Positions 1 through 24,136 of a DNA stretch of 64,000 bases are shown one piece after another. Under the pieces are notes generated by a model that was not told the origin of the DNA, did not search any database, and saw nothing but the letters and a program-made list of their open reading frames with translations. The stretch is from Eledone cirrhosa (Eukaryota): the NCBI GenBank assembly GCA_964016885.1, contig OZ024761.1:992001-1056000 (forward strand), written 5' to 3'. Position 1 is the first letter of the stretch. Each line of letters starts with the position of its first letter. Made by a program: the position numbers and the translations under genes.

Positions 1-2470
<2,470 letters not shown>

Positions 2471-2741
2471 TTGATCCAGAGTTGAGTCGGAAGTCACTAC
2501 AGTAAATAAGGTACTCAAGACGTGTAGTGACGACAGAAGTTTATATAGAAAAGGCTTCCACGCTGTTGATAATTTCATACGAATGGAACAGTTCTAGTCT
2601 TATAGAAGCCTTTTCTATATACACCTCTGTGTGTGTATTATACATATAGTATTTATATATATATATATATAGTTCAAGGAGACGACAAAACAGAGGTACA
2701 AAAAGTCTTATTAGTTTCACACTTTATATGGGGGAAAGGAA

Positions 2742-2777
2742 GTTTGACGTGTCGGGCTTTAGCCCTTCTTCAGGAGT
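2742..2777 (-). ncRNA. Degenerate minimal hammerhead ribozyme
   Basis: CUGAAGA A GGGC-UAAA-GCCC GACAC GUC; one core substitution (GACAC for GAAAC), poor stem I. Confidence 0.5.
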
Positions 2778-2911
2778 ACAAAAATAGAGACAGGATCTCA
2801 CACACACACGCGTGTGTGTGTGTGTGTGCAAAAAGTAAACAAATGAACGGAAACAAAAAAAAAACAAACAAGAAATATATTTTTTAACGCTTGATATAGT
2901 AAAAAAAAGAG

Positions 2912-2947
2912 TATTAACGTTTCGGACACTAGTCCTTCATCAGAAGA
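2912..2947 (-). ncRNA. Minimal hammerhead ribozyme
   Basis: UCUU CUGAUGA A GGAC-UAGU-GUCC GAAAC GUU AAUA; a second family copy is at 24650-24685 (+). Confidence 0.72.
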
Positions 2948-3226
2948 TAGAATGAGAAGTAAAGATGAAATAGAAAGATAGATGAGAGGGTAAAGGGAGG
3001 AACTGAAAAAAGATTTTGAGAAAAAAAAAAATACATGTGCACCTAGTCAGCCATTATGTAGAAAAGAAAACCCATCGGTGGTTTTCAGTGATTAGGTTTC
3101 ACAGCTATACAATACTACCAACAAAAGTAGGGTTTCTTCAAAGACCTCAATTTGGTGCTTTTGTGGAAAATGAAGTCTTTCTACAAAGCCAAGTTCTGAT
3201 CTTGTGACTTCAATTCGCTTAATGAT

Positions 3227-3465
3227 CTATGATGGTTCCAAGGTACATGATTTTTTTCCACTTGATCTAGCGTGACCCCTTGACATTGAATGCCCATTCC
3301 CTCGTCCCCTAGTGGTTGCTATGACTCTTGTCTTCCTTGTGTTGACCTCATCAGTCTTTGGAGCGTATCTGTCTGTTGCTATCAGTACAATATCATCAAC
3401 ATAATGACGGTTGTTGAGATTCTTCACTACAAGTTGAAGCACATGGTTGACATGAGACATTCCTA
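3227..3465 (-). mobile_element. Degenerate LINE RT fragment
   Basis: ORF 3227-3460 with YVDDIVLIAT and NTRKTRVI. Confidence 0.55.
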
Positions 3466-3738
3466 CTACCAGTGCCGGATTTAGGACAAATGAGGCCCTG
3501 TGCTAGTTAAATTATGAGGCCCCGTAGTTGGGCCCTGAATGAGGTAGGCCCGGTTTTAAAAGATTTGGCAGGAAGATGGGGCTATCCGCGTTTGAAAATG
3601 TTTGGGAAACCCTAGATTAGAGCTATGTTATAATTGTCTGCACATTCTGCAGTTCCTAATATCTTTTGAATGGGCACTAACCACATACTCATAATATCGG
3701 AGCTTTGATCTTTCAATTCAAAGAAGTAGCAACTTTAC

Positions 3739-3867
3739 CTGGAGCGGCTCTCGGATTTCTGAACCCACGCACCCTGTTGAGTAACGTTACTCCTAAGAGC
3801 TGTTCGAAAAATATATTACAGTCTCCATCCAATGCTGCAAGAGCTGGCAATGGGCCTGCGATCTGTC
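3739..3867 (-). CDS. Candidate coding exon of an unidentified gene (QIAGPLPALAALDGDCNIFFEQLLGVTLLNRVRGFRNPRAAP)
   Basis: Minus strand: taacctttctgcttctatcccag acceptor, CAG|GTAAAG donor, 129 nt, one open frame (phase 1-1), non-repetitive sequence. Confidence 0.45.
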
Positions 3868-4469
3868 CTGGGATAGAAGCAGAAAGGTTACGTATCCCGA
3901 GACATCAGAGGGGGTCCAGAAGGGAGCAAACTCTTAGCAGACTCTGCTCTTATTTTCCTGCGACTCATCCGTGTTTCTATTTTTTCTTTTTTTTTTCATG
4001 CACACTAACGCCACCCATCTATTAAAACATGCTTGTTTTGATTCTTTTTAACCTTCGTAGATTCTCTGCGAAGTTGACCTCGGCAGGATTTGAACTGTGA
4101 AAGCAGGGACCGAAACGAATACCACAAAGCATTCTATCCGACGTTCTAATGGCTTTGTCAATTTGCCACCATAAAAAGTACCAGTCAAGTACCGGGGTCG
4201 ATTCTTCTTTTATCTCTTTCTCACTCTCTATCTTTCTCTGGAAGAAATCTGCTGTATTCAGACCTGGGAAGGATTGGGCACCGCCAGGTTTTAAAATGTC
4301 CTAGTAACGTTGTATGTCAATACGGTGCTCCTAGGACACCCTAAAGTTATGGAACCATGCATGCAGATTCTGTATATTCAATGCCCATGTCTCACTATCA
4401 TACACCATTGCAACTCGAAGAAATAATTGGACTTTAACAATATTTTTACAAAAAGATCATTCGGTTTTT

Positions 4470-6064
4470 GCGACCCTTTGGGACCCCTCCTGTTCGCCCT
4501 TGGTATTGACCACATCGCCCGGAGTATCACGGCCCATCTCAACGTTTGGTATCTGGATGATGCTACGTTGGGCGGGCCCGTACGGACGGTCTGCCAAGAC
4601 CTTCAATCGGTGATTCCTGCCCTGGCGGGAATCGGCCTCCAGGTCAACTCGGCCAAGTCGGAGGTGGTGAACGTCAGCCTCCATGCTGCGAGCTTTGCAG
4701 CCTCCGTCTTGGACGTGCGGTCCATTCTCCGCCAGGTTCAGGTGACCCCCAACGAGGATGTCCTCATCCTCGGGTCACCGATCCACCCGCCGGCTATCAG
4801 TTCCACCATCAGGTCCAGGCTTCAACAGCTCCAGACTCTCACGAACCGACTGGGCTTGATTGACGGCCACCCAGCTCTCTTTCTGCTGAGGAACTGCTTC
4901 GCCATGCCGAAGCTCCTCTATACACTCCGCAGCGCTCCATGCTACACCCAGACATCTCTCCTCGCTGACCTCGATACTTGTAGCCGAGCAGCAGCCGAGG
5001 AGATATGCAACGTCAAGTTTGACGAGATAGGGTGGCAACAGGCCACTTTACCGGTCAGGTATGGCGGCCTTGGCCTCCGGTCCCCGATCTCACTGGCTTT
5101 GCCGGCGTATCTTTCGTCGGTAACCTCGTGCCGCGTCCTCCTCAGCAGGGTTCTTCAAAACACAACAGAACCCTCTGTGTTCAGAGAACGTGAGGCCGCC
5201 TGTGAGACGTGGGACCGGCTGGGACTTAACCCAGTAGTCGTCCCTCCTCCTTCTCCCCCTGTTGACGTCAAGTCTCCCCAACGCACTTGGGATGCCATCC
5301 AGTGCAGCCTGGCCTCAGACAGGCTCACGCGCCAGCTCGACCAGAACCGCCTTGCTTGTTTTCGTGCGGCCTCCAAACCCCACAGTGGTGCCTGGCTCCA
5401 TGCCCTGCCCTCCTTCTCCACTGGCACGCAGCTAGACAACCATAGCCTGCGAATCGGCGTTTCCTTGAGGCTCGGCCTCCAGATCTACCAGCCACACCAA
5501 TATCGCTGCGGTTCCACCGTGGACTCTCGGCCTCCACCCGCTTTCCACGCCATGCTGCCCTCAACGAGGTCATTAAGCATGGCTTGGACGCTGCAGGCTT
5601 CCCTTCCCAGCTCGAGCCGGTGGGGCTTTCTGACACTTTCTGCAGCCGCAACCTGGTGCAGTCTGCGACTGACACAGGTTCTGCTGCACGTCGGGCTGGG
5701 GGGGGGGGGCAAACTCCTTAAATACCGGTCGCTCTCCGACAGGTTTGCGGTCGTTCCCCTGGCAGTGGAGACTTCTGGTGTCCTCGGCCCCAGGGCTACC
5801 TCCTTACTCACCACCATAGGCGCTGAGCTGGCCAGCCGCAGGTGTGAGCCCCGCGAGTTGGAGTGGCTTTTCCAGCGCGTCTCCCTTGCCGTCCTCCGGG
5901 GAAACGCCTTCTCCATTCTGTCCGCCGGGGCTGTGGGTGGGCCCCATCGCGAACCAATACATTAGTTAAATACCATTCTTTCATCTGATACAACACAATA
6001 AAGACTAAAGTGTTTAAAAGAAAAAAAAAAAAATTGATGTTGAAGTAAAAAAAAAAAAAAAAAA
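4470..6064 (+). mobile_element. 5'-truncated, internally deleted CRE-like non-LTR retrotransposon (RT + restriction-like endonuclease remnant) with poly(A) tail
   Basis: ORF 4427-5965: DPLGPLLFAL, WYLDD, LPVRYGGLGL, SGAWL, VPLAVETSGVLG, WLFQRVSLAVLRGNA; AATAAA near 5997 and A-tracts 6021-6064; GC-rich against AT-rich flanks. Confidence 0.8.
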
Positions 6065-6957
6065 GTATATCCCCTACATATGATAGTGCTCAGCCTTTTG
6101 ATATTTCACCACTCATTTATATCCATCTAAAGTGATTTTATAGGCGAAAATACTTAGCGTCAGACACCAACTCTCTGGTTTGCAGCACAGAGTTGTGGCC
6201 CTTTACGTTCTGAGTTCAAATCCCGCCGAGGTTAACTTTATCTTTCATCCTTACGGGGATTGCTGGCCTTGTGCCAAAAACAATTTTCGGACAAAATGCT
6301 TTGCTGTATTTAGTTACGACTTTCTACGTTCTGAATTTAAATCCCGCTGAGGTTAGCTTTGCCTATCATCTTTGCGGGGGTCGATAAAAAAAGGTAATGC
6401 CCTGGGGTCGATTTAATCGACTTTCCCTTCCCCCCAAAAAAATTGCCGGCTTTGTGCCTAAACCAGAAACCATTATCGGTCATTTTATATACTTAAAATG
6501 AAAAATCCACGTAAAAGAAAGAAAGAAACAAACGAAAATGATTATCACTTGAGGAAGTAATATGCGAAACCGGACTCCTTCCGTCAACATCTGTACCATA
6601 TTTCAGTTTCCTCATGACTTCCAGAACGACTGATCATGTCTGAAATAGTCGAAACTAAGTGATAGCTAGCGTTAGTACCCCGCCCCTCTTTTCCTTACTA
6701 ATTTTATCTTCCTTTCTTCTCTTCATCTTTTACTTCACTCTATCTTTTCCTTATTTCTCTCTCTCTCTCCATCTTTTTTTCACTTTATCTTCTCCACCTC
6801 TCTTTCTCTCGTTTCTTTTTCCGGTTATTTCTTTATGTCTTTTCGTCTTTATATTCCCAATCATTGATTTGACTATAGCTCTCTCTTTCTATCTATCTAC
6901 TTTAGTCTAGTCACTTACATTCACTGTCCCCCTCTCTCTCTGTCCCTCTCTATTTAG

Positions 6958-7140
6958 GGATTGGCAGTATCGGTAGAGAGTCGGACGCCATGCTTTCCAG
7001 CATAGTTATGTCCCTTTACGATCTGAGTTCAAATCCCGCCGAGGTTGACTTTGCCTTTCATCCTTACGGGGTCGATAAAATAAAGTACCAGTAATGCACT
7101 GGGTAATTGCTGGCCTTGTGCCTAAAGTAGAAACAATTAT
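6958..7140 (+). mobile_element. tRNA-derived SINE, family 1 (representative copy)
   Basis: A box TGGCAGTATCGG, B box GAGTTCAAATC, central gcctttcatccttacggggtcgataaaataaagtaccag (Nin/Deu-like domain), (ATT)n tail. Other copies near 6155-6480, 16250-16760, 28324-28990, 30170-30610, 31060-31470, 36420-37220, 44150-44330, 45445-45635, 48380-48570, 53437-53620. Confidence 0.85.
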
Positions 7141-7841
7141 ATCTCTATCTAGCTAGCTTAGTCACTTATATTCACTACCTCTCTCTCTACCTAGCTTACT
7201 CCCTCACTTATATTCACTACCCCTCTCACTACCTAGCTTACTCCCTCACTTATATTCACTGCCCCTCTCTCTATTTAGCTTACTCCCTCACATTCAATTC
7301 CCTCTCTCGACCCTGTTTACTCCCTCACATTGATTTTCCCCCTCTCTCTCTACCTTGCTCACTTCCTCCCTAACATTCACTACCCTTCTCTCTCTAGCTA
7401 GCTTACTCACTCACACTACGTAGCTCTCACCACTCCCTCTTCGCCTCAACATTAAATGGTGGGGATAGGAGCAAAAAATAAACAAACCAAAAACATATGA
7501 CGGGTGGAAGAATTTGTGTCTTTGTTTAATCTTCGCTCTCTTTTGTAAACAATCGAAGGGTAACATTTGGAAGACTCGAATCTCGATAACAAGAACAGCT
7601 CTTCCTCTCTATGTGTCTATCTACCTGTCTCTCTATCTATGTATAGATATATGTGATCAAAGGTTGAAGAATAAGGGTTGCAATTATTCAGGACGATACA
7701 CAGGTAAATTCATATATAATTTATGGAACTACGGAGTCTGATTTATAAGAATTTTTCACATCTCTTGCTTTAACCATTTCTGACCGTCATTACACGCACA
7801 CACATATATCATTAATATATGTGTGTGCGTGTACTTTTCTC

Positions 7842-7889
<48 letters not shown>

Positions 7890-8337
7890 ATTTTTCGTAG
7901 ATGATAATTTAACGTTTTCCAGCAAGAGTTATCTTTGCTTTAATCCTATTTCCGCTTTTGGTAAATAATTTTCGGATTTGCCAATTTGCTCGCTTTAACT
8001 TTAAATTTCTTGGTTGTTTCTATTTAATAAAGGATATTTTAAAATTATATTAAAGAATATTTCAATATTTTCACACCAATCAACATTTCTTTTGTAAAGA
8101 TTTTTGACACAATTGGCGAACACTGGTCGCAAGAATTCGGCGTTCTTGATTCGTAAGTATGGAAGGATATTAGAAATATAAATCAGATAGTAGTAAATAA
8201 CTTCGTTATGGGGGAAAATTGCTTCGTTCATAAATATATTTATTATTAAAAATGTATTGAAGATTGTCAATACTTTTATTGTGTAAAGATGAAATTTTCA
8301 AAAAATTACTTTCGTTCTTTAATTTTTTTAATTACAG

Positions 8338-8367
8338 GTGTGGCGATTAGATTTGTGAATAATCAAG
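8338..8367 (+). other. Candidate 5'UTR exon of AP4S1
   Basis: ttttttaattacag acceptor and AAG|GTAATG donor in a non-repetitive island; an upstream donor GTAAGT at 8153. The ATG exon has its own acceptor, so non-coding upstream exons are expected. Confidence 0.35.
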
Positions 8368-9483
8368 GTAATGCAAACGAAAAAAATCAGGTAGTTAGAT
8401 ATCATTAGGAAATATGAATTAAAATACATAATCAGCCGTTCGACTAAATATTTAGACACCACAGGAACTGTAATTTTACTTTCTCAATTAGATATTTGTC
8501 TTATACCCATCCATAGTTACGATTTATTAACGCCAATTCTACTACCTTAAGGTTTAGCATTCGTGCCCTATTTTCTGTATTTCAAATTTGTTTAGACACC
8601 CATCATTCCTAGCTAGCTAAAAGTGTGATCATACTCTTTGCTGTTGCTTTTTCATGTAAAATGCTGGTGCCAAAATAAGAAGTACCCAGCTGACGCAGTA
8701 AAGTGGTAGTGTTAGTGTCACGATAAGAAGCACTCAGTCCACACAGCAACATGGTAGTGCTGGTGTCTCGATAAGAAACACCCAGTCCACCCTGCAAAGT
8801 GGCAGTGCTTAAGCACAGGGCCTCGTTGGCCAGGGGGAAGCCCATCTTCCTGATGACTGCCTGTGTTGTTCTACCAGGCCTACCTCCTTCAGGGACCAAC
8901 TAAGGGGCCTCATAACTTAACTAGCACAGGGCCTCATTTGTCCTGAATCCTGCACTGTTTCTGACTGGTCTTCTTCAGAACCTCAAAGTATTTCAGACCT
9001 CTGACACCTGAACTCCTTTACAAAGCTCAGGTGTGATTCGCAATGGAATACTGCTACCACAACTTGGACATTGCTGCTGCCACACTCACAGAGTTTCAAG
9101 ACCACATCCAGAGAATAAACACTTAGCTAACTGGCATAAAGGTGAGAAGGACATCCAGCTGTAGAAACCATGCCAACATTGGAATATACAAAGGAAGGAG
9201 CTCTCTCTGATCTCTCAAAAAAGGCAGTAATTCTGATATACAAAGGAAAGGGCTCTCTTTGATCTTTCAAAGAGGGTAGTAGTTCTGATAAACAAGGGAA
9301 GGGTCCCTCTCTGATCTCTCAAAGAGGGCAGTAATTCTGATAAGAACTGATTCAGAATCAGCCCCGGAAAGATGAAAGATAAATATGGCAGATTTGAACT
9401 CAGAACATAGGAAGTCATAACTAAATGCCACAAAGCAATCTAACACCCTTGGTAGATGTAAATAGCTGCTTTTGATTTAGGCA

Positions 9484-11210
9484 CATCATCATCATCATTT
9501 TACGTCCGCTTTTCCCTGCTTGCAAGGGTGGGACGGGTCTTATTCAGCACAGCATCTCTCCACTTGTCACGGTCCCTCGTCATCTCCACCGTGAGCTTCA
9601 ATGATCTGAGGTCTGTTCTCACCACCTCCGCCCATGTTTTTCGTGGTCTACCTCTACCGCGTCTTCCTTCAACTGGCAATTCCTGGCACTTCTTCACCCA
9701 TCGGTCATCCTCCATGCGCATCACATGTCCATACCACCTCAGTCTCCTCTCCTGTACACTACATTCTATCCCTCTCAGACACAGTTTCTCTCTCAACACT
9801 GGGTCGTTCACGCACATTTACACTGCACATCCAACGGAGCATTCCTCATTTCTCTCCAGCCGTCGCATATCCTCTGCAGTTGCTGCCCATGTCTCACTAC
9901 CATGCAGCATCGCACTCCTCCTCACACAGGCATCATACAACCGCCCTTTCGTACGCAGGGAGAAACCCTTCTTCGTCAACAGAGGAAGCAGCTCCCTAAA
10001 CTTCTTCCAACCCGTCCTTATTCTAGATACTATGGCCTCGGAACACCCTCCTCCCATGCTAATCTGATCTCCTAGGTACCGGAAGCTATCCACCACTTCT
10101 ATAGCGCCCTCTTGCATTTGAAAAATGTGTCTATCAATGCGACTTCTACTGTCTAATTTCCCTGTACATCTACTGCATACATATTTCTCCCTACCTGTTA
10201 GTTTGCCTGCTATCCCGCTACATCTCTTGTGTACCCAGGATCTGCATTGTGTGCATTTTATAGAATTTATGCCAGTTCCTTTTCTGCATATCGAACATGG
10301 CCATTTCCCTGATGGAATCAGGGTTTTGTCCTCTTTTCTACTCATCAACACTTTTGTCTTAGCTAGATTCACTCTCAGTCCTCTTGCTTCCAACTGCTGT
10401 TTCCATAGCCAGAATTTATTCTCTAGCTCCTCTACTGATTCTGCTATAAGAACCAGATCGTCAGCATAGAGAAGTTCCCATGGACAGCCAGTCTTAAACT
10501 CCTCTGTTATGGCTTGGAGGACTATAATGAACAAGAGCGGGCTGAGGACCGAACCCTGATGTACTCCTACTTGTATCTGGAATTCCTCACTAAACTTCAT
10601 TCCTACCATGACTTTACTGAGAGTACCTCTGTACAAAGTTTGCACTGTCCTCACAAGCCATTCCTCAACACCTAGCTTCCTTAGGGACCACCAGATGACA
10701 GATCGGGGTACCCTATCAAAGGCCTTCTCTAGGTCAACAAAGGCTAAGTATAGTGGCTTATTCTTCTCTAAGAACCTCTCTTGCAATTGTCTCACCAAGA
10801 AGAGGGCATCTGTTGTACTCTTCCCAGGCACAAAACCAAACTGCATCTCATCTAGTTTGACCCTTTCTCTAATTAGTTGTGCTAAAATCCTTTCTGCCTA
10901 TTTCATAACCTGATCTATCAGTTTTATACCCCTATAATTGCTCCTCTCCAAAGCATCCCCTTTACCTTTGTAGCAATTTATGAGAATACTGCTGCACCAG
11001 TCTTTGGGTATGACACCAGCATATATAGCCTGATTGATGATGCGTGCAACCAGTTTAGTGCCTACGTCCCCTGATGCCTTCAGCATCTCAGCAGCTATTC
11101 CCGATGGTCCGGCAGCCTTACCATTTTTCATTTCCCTAATCGCCTCTTGGACCCTATATTCGTCAATCTCAATAGCTGGTCCCTCTGTCGGGTCTACCAA
11201 GGGTAATTTC
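9484..11210 (-). mobile_element. RTE-clade LINE, 5'-truncated (subfamily A)
   Basis: ORFs 10898-11248, 9818-10846, 9500-9817: [48 protein letters not shown]; (GAT)n tail. Confidence 0.92.
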
Positions 11211-11364
11211 TCACAGGGCTGACAATTTTGTGGGGAGGGAAAAGTCAATTGAATCGACCTCAGTGTATTACTGGTACTTCATTTTATCGATCCTGTAAGG
11301 ATGAAAGGCAAAGCTAACCTAGATGGGAGTTGAAGTACTTAGAATGTAAAAGGACGTAACCATA

Positions 11365-11860
11365 TAATAATAATAATAATAATAATAATGAAATTATTGT
11401 GTACAGTGCTCAGGTGCACTACAACTCATCAAAGGTGCATGTATAGTACATAGAATAATGTACAAATGTCAGGAAAATAAACAGTGTATGAGTCATGATA
11501 TAATAACAATAACAATAATGAAATATTGTGCACAGTGCCCAGGTGCACCACAACCCATCAAAAAAGTGCATGTACAGTACATAGGGCAATGCACAAACAT
11601 CAGTAAAATGAACAGTGCACACATGTGTGCATGTGTATGGAAGGGGCACATCAGGTGTAGTTTTGGCGTATTTCGGGAAGTATGAGTGTCTTAAAGGATG
11701 CAGTGTCTCGGCAGCTAACAATTGACGCAGGCAGTTTGTTCCATGCTTCAGCAACTCTGAGCGTGAAAAAATGTCTGCGAAAGTCATGGGAGCTGTGCTG
11801 TTTTCTTATCTTGTAGGCATGTCCACGTGTGTTAGACACATGCAAAGCATGTACGTCCGA
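11365..11860 (-). mobile_element. CR1-group LINE 3' fragment
   Basis: TRGHAYKI...FFTLRVAEAWNKLP C-terminal motif (ORF 11651-11872); (ATT)n tail. Confidence 0.8.
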
Positions 11861-12744
11861 CGCTCTACCCATTCTGCCAATCCACTGCCCTGTGTAGATG
11901 TAAATAATATAAGGAGATAAAAATCAGCAATGCAGAAAATTGATGATCTTCTTAACAGGCAACAGTTCATTTCACATATCTTATACACTGCTACATATTA
12001 CATTTGTTGTAAGGTCATAACTGGAATGGAATTTATGTTACTAGGATTTTTTTCAACACACTGACACGTATGCGTATATGTGTGTGCATGTGCATACATT
12101 TGTATGTATGAGTATATAAATATAAACATGCAAACACAGACACACTTATAAAAACACATATTTACATAAACACATACATACACATACACTCACACACAGC
12201 GTAGCAATTGAAACACCAGCCTCTGTTTTGCTATAATGTTTTCATCATCCCCCTCCTTCCTTTTACAAACACATTATGTAATGGACGGACAGACGGAATT
12301 TGCTCAAATTTATATATATACACTGTAACATCAATATTACATTTGCTATAAGGTTGTAACCTGAATGGAATTTATATTATGAACAATAATTTATCTCATA
12401 TATTTTTGGTATTTCAGAGATGATACAATATTTTGTTGTAATCTCATCCATTTCTTTCTTTTTATATTTTGATTTTTTACTCTTAGATTCTCTCTCTCTC
12501 TATATATATATATATTTCTACTTTTAGAATCTCTTTGTCTCTCTGTCTCTCTCTACTTTTAGATTCTCTCTCTCTTTCTATTTGCAGAGTCTCTCACTTT
12601 CTCTATCTATCTTTTTACTTCCAAACTCTCTTTATTTCTCTCTCTCCCTCTTTGCCCCTCTGTTTCTACTTGCAGAGTCACTCCCCTGCTCTCTTAAACC
12701 TTTAACTTCCTCTCTCTGTCTCTCTACCTGCAGAATCTGCCAAA

Positions 12745-21157
<8,413 letters not shown>

Positions 21158-21954
21158 CAACAACAATGGAAACAACAACGAGGATGAAGACATGATAATG
21201 AGAAATCTTGAAACAAAACCACACGGGCTAAAGAAAAGAAAACAACAACAAAAAACAAATGAATCCTTCGGGGATTGAATTGAAACCCTTGGAGATTTTG
21301 TTCAATCCATGGAAAAGTTAATCCATTTGAAACTTAATCCCTTGGAGATTTAAAGCCTTAGACTAGCAAATCCCTCAAAGGCTTAGGTTTACCGGAGACT
21401 ATATCCATTGCTGACTTAACCCTTTTGATACCAGCCTGCCCAAAATAGCCTCAGGTTCTACGAAACATAACCACTATTTTAACCCTTTAGCATTTAAATC
21501 AGCTATATCCAACCAGAATTCTCTTACCTATTTCTGTTCAAACCAGCTGTAACTGGCTGTTCATATTGATGTTAAGGTATTGTTCTTAAAATAAATAATA
21601 TCAAAATCTCATAGATTTGATATTATGTGAGATTAAGCCTTTACCTTAAAAATATAACAGTATATATATAGAGTAATGTAAATACTAAAGGGTTAAATGG
21701 GTTCCTATTTAAATTAATATCTTCCAAAATTATTTTATATAAGAACAAATGGTTAACATTTTTTATATCAACCTGGCCACACCAACTCTGGCTCTATGAA
21801 ACAAAACCATCCTGTTTAAAGAGTTCCTTTTAAAATTTAAATATTCCAACATAATTTTATGTAAGTATCTTTTGTTAAATTGTATTTCAACTGATATCTT
21901 AACAAAATAGATAATTCTTCTTGTAAATCATTCCAAATTCATCATTAATTACTT

Positions 21955-22470
21955 CAAATACAGTGTCTTTCATTAGAAATATGGTAATGAAAGGGTTAAT
22001 GACATATACAGTGTCTTTCATTAGAAATGTGGTAATGAAAGGGTTAATGACATAGTGTCTTTCATTAGAAATATGGTAATGAAAGGGTTAATGACATAGA
22101 CAGTGTTTTTCATTAGAAATATGGTAATGAAAGGGTTAAAGACATAGACAGTGTCTTTCATTAGAAATATGGTAATGAAAGGGTTAATGACATAGACAGT
22201 GTCTTTCATTAGAGAAATGGTAATGAAAGGGTTAAAGACAGACAGTGTCTTTCATTAGAGATATGGTAATGAAAGGGTTAAAGACATAGACAGTGTCTTT
22301 CATTAGAAATATAGCAATGACAGGGTTAATGGCATAGTGTCTTTCATTAGAAATATGGTAATGAAAGTGTTAATGACATAGGCTGTGTCTTTCATTAGAG
22401 AAATGGTAATGAAAGTGTTAATGACATAGACAGTGTCTTTCATTAGAAATATGGTAATGAAAGGGTTAAG
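21955..22470. repeat. About 48-bp minisatellite, about 10 copies
   Basis: Unit cagtgtctttcattagaaatatggtaatgaaagggttaatgacataga. Confidence 0.92.
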
Positions 22471-22966
22471 CTCTCAGTGACAGAATCCTTCAAATACTTA
22501 ATCCATCGGAAACTGAATTCCCTGAAGATTGAATCCATCGGGCTTTGATCAATCAGAGACAGAATTCCGCCATTACAAGGGCATTCCAAAAAATTAAAGA
22601 AAATTATGAAACATTGATTTAAAAATTTTTTTTTTGTATTTCTGTTTAAAGAGAAGTAAAGCTAATTAAATATTGATAATTTTAATATAAACAATGGATA
22701 ATATAATTTATTAAAAATATAAATCAATTTAGTAACAATAATTAATTACTGATAATAATAAGAAACTATATATTATATACACACACTCACATACATACAC
22801 ACATATACATATATATATATAGTGGCAGAACACTGGTGGGTTATATCCGCAGTAGCAGAGCACTCAGTCCATGGGATGAGTTTGGTAGTAGTTGTTCCAC
22901 AACAACTAGTAAACCATTTCTGAGGACAATTTGTTTCACCTCAACAGATCATCAGCTTGGTTTAAA

Positions 22967-23009
22967 TCTGAGCTGATGATCCATTGAGGCGAAACAAATT
23001 GTCCTTGGA
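22967..23009 (+). ncRNA. Minimal hammerhead ribozyme, head-to-head with an inverted copy at about 22918-22961
   Basis: UCUGAG CUGAUGA U CC-auuga-GG C GAAAC aaauu GUC CUUGGA. Confidence 0.62.
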
Positions 23010-23672
23010 AACGGTTTACTAACTGTTGTGGAACTACTTCTATGTATATGTATATATATCATCATCATCATCATCTTATGTCCACTTTTCCCTGCTTGCA
23101 AGGGTGGGATGGGAACTGATTCTGGCTTGATTTCTACAGCTGGATGCCCTTCCTAAAACCGACCTCATTTACAGTGAGTGCTGGATGCTTTTTTTCCGTG
23201 GCACCTACATGTCCACTTTACAGTGTGGGCTGGGTGCTTTTTTGCCGTGGCATCTCCACGACCACTTTGCAGTGGGATGATAGGGACCCCACAGCTGAGT
23301 AAACTGTAGCAATATGAAATAAAGTGTCTTGCTCAAGGAAACAACATATCACCCGGTCTGAGAATTGAGCTCACAACCTTTCGATTGTAAGGCTAATGCT
23401 CTAACCACTAAGCCATGTGACTCATATATATATATGTATGTATGTATGTTCTTCTGGTTTTATAATTTCACAAAGTTTTACCAATAGAGAGAGAGTCGGT
23501 TTCTAACATAGACACAAGACTCTCTCATTGGAATTTACACAACATCAACTAGGTAAATATGTATGTATGCATGTGTAGATATGGATGTTATTGTATGTGT
23601 GGATGTGTATGTTTTGAGTTGTATGTGTGCATGTGTATATGCTTTGTATCTGTACATGTGTATATGCAGTTA

Positions 23673-23935
23673 TTAGATGCAACATTTTTGGAATGTTTTA
23701 CATATTTTTACTGTTCCATTAATGGATTGTACTTGTAGTTTCCTAACTAGTTGTGTTCTTTCTGTTCTTGTGAAGCCTAGCTTCTCAAGATTTGTATTGA
23801 GGTAGTTACTAACATATCCCAGTGCCCCAATAATCACAGGCATAAATCTGAAGGTGTAATCAGGGTGGAGTATCTGCAGATTTCTCATCAGTTCTGCATA
23901 AATATTCTCCTTTTCACTAATCTTTGATATTATAT
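23673..23935 (-). mobile_element. RLE-type non-LTR retrotransposon 3' fragment
   Basis: FMPVIIGALGYV motif (ORF 23673-23888). Confidence 0.65.
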
Positions 23936-24032
23936 TGGCATTATGTATGTATGTATGTATGTATGTATGAAGAGAGAGAGAGAGAGAGAGATGGATATAC
24001 AGAAGTAGTTACACAACAGTTAGTTCACCATA

Positions 24033-24073
24033 CTGAGAACAAATGTTTCACCATATTCGGATCCTCAGCTCGG
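24033..24073 (-). ncRNA. Minimal hammerhead ribozyme (related to 22967 family)
   Basis: CCGAG CUGAGGA U CC-gaauau-GG U GAAAC auuu GUU CUCAG. Confidence 0.6.
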
Positions 24074-24136
24074 TCTGAATGAAGTTATACGTCCCATGGA
24101 CTGAGTGCTCTACTACGGATATAACCCAACAGTGTC

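Noticed and set aside
6958-7045. tRNA-like A/B boxes
   Set aside because: SINE heads continuing into SINE bodies; no convincing cloverleaf.
9528-10913. Long + strand ORFs overlapping the RTE
   Set aside because: Antisense shadow frames of the LINE ORF.
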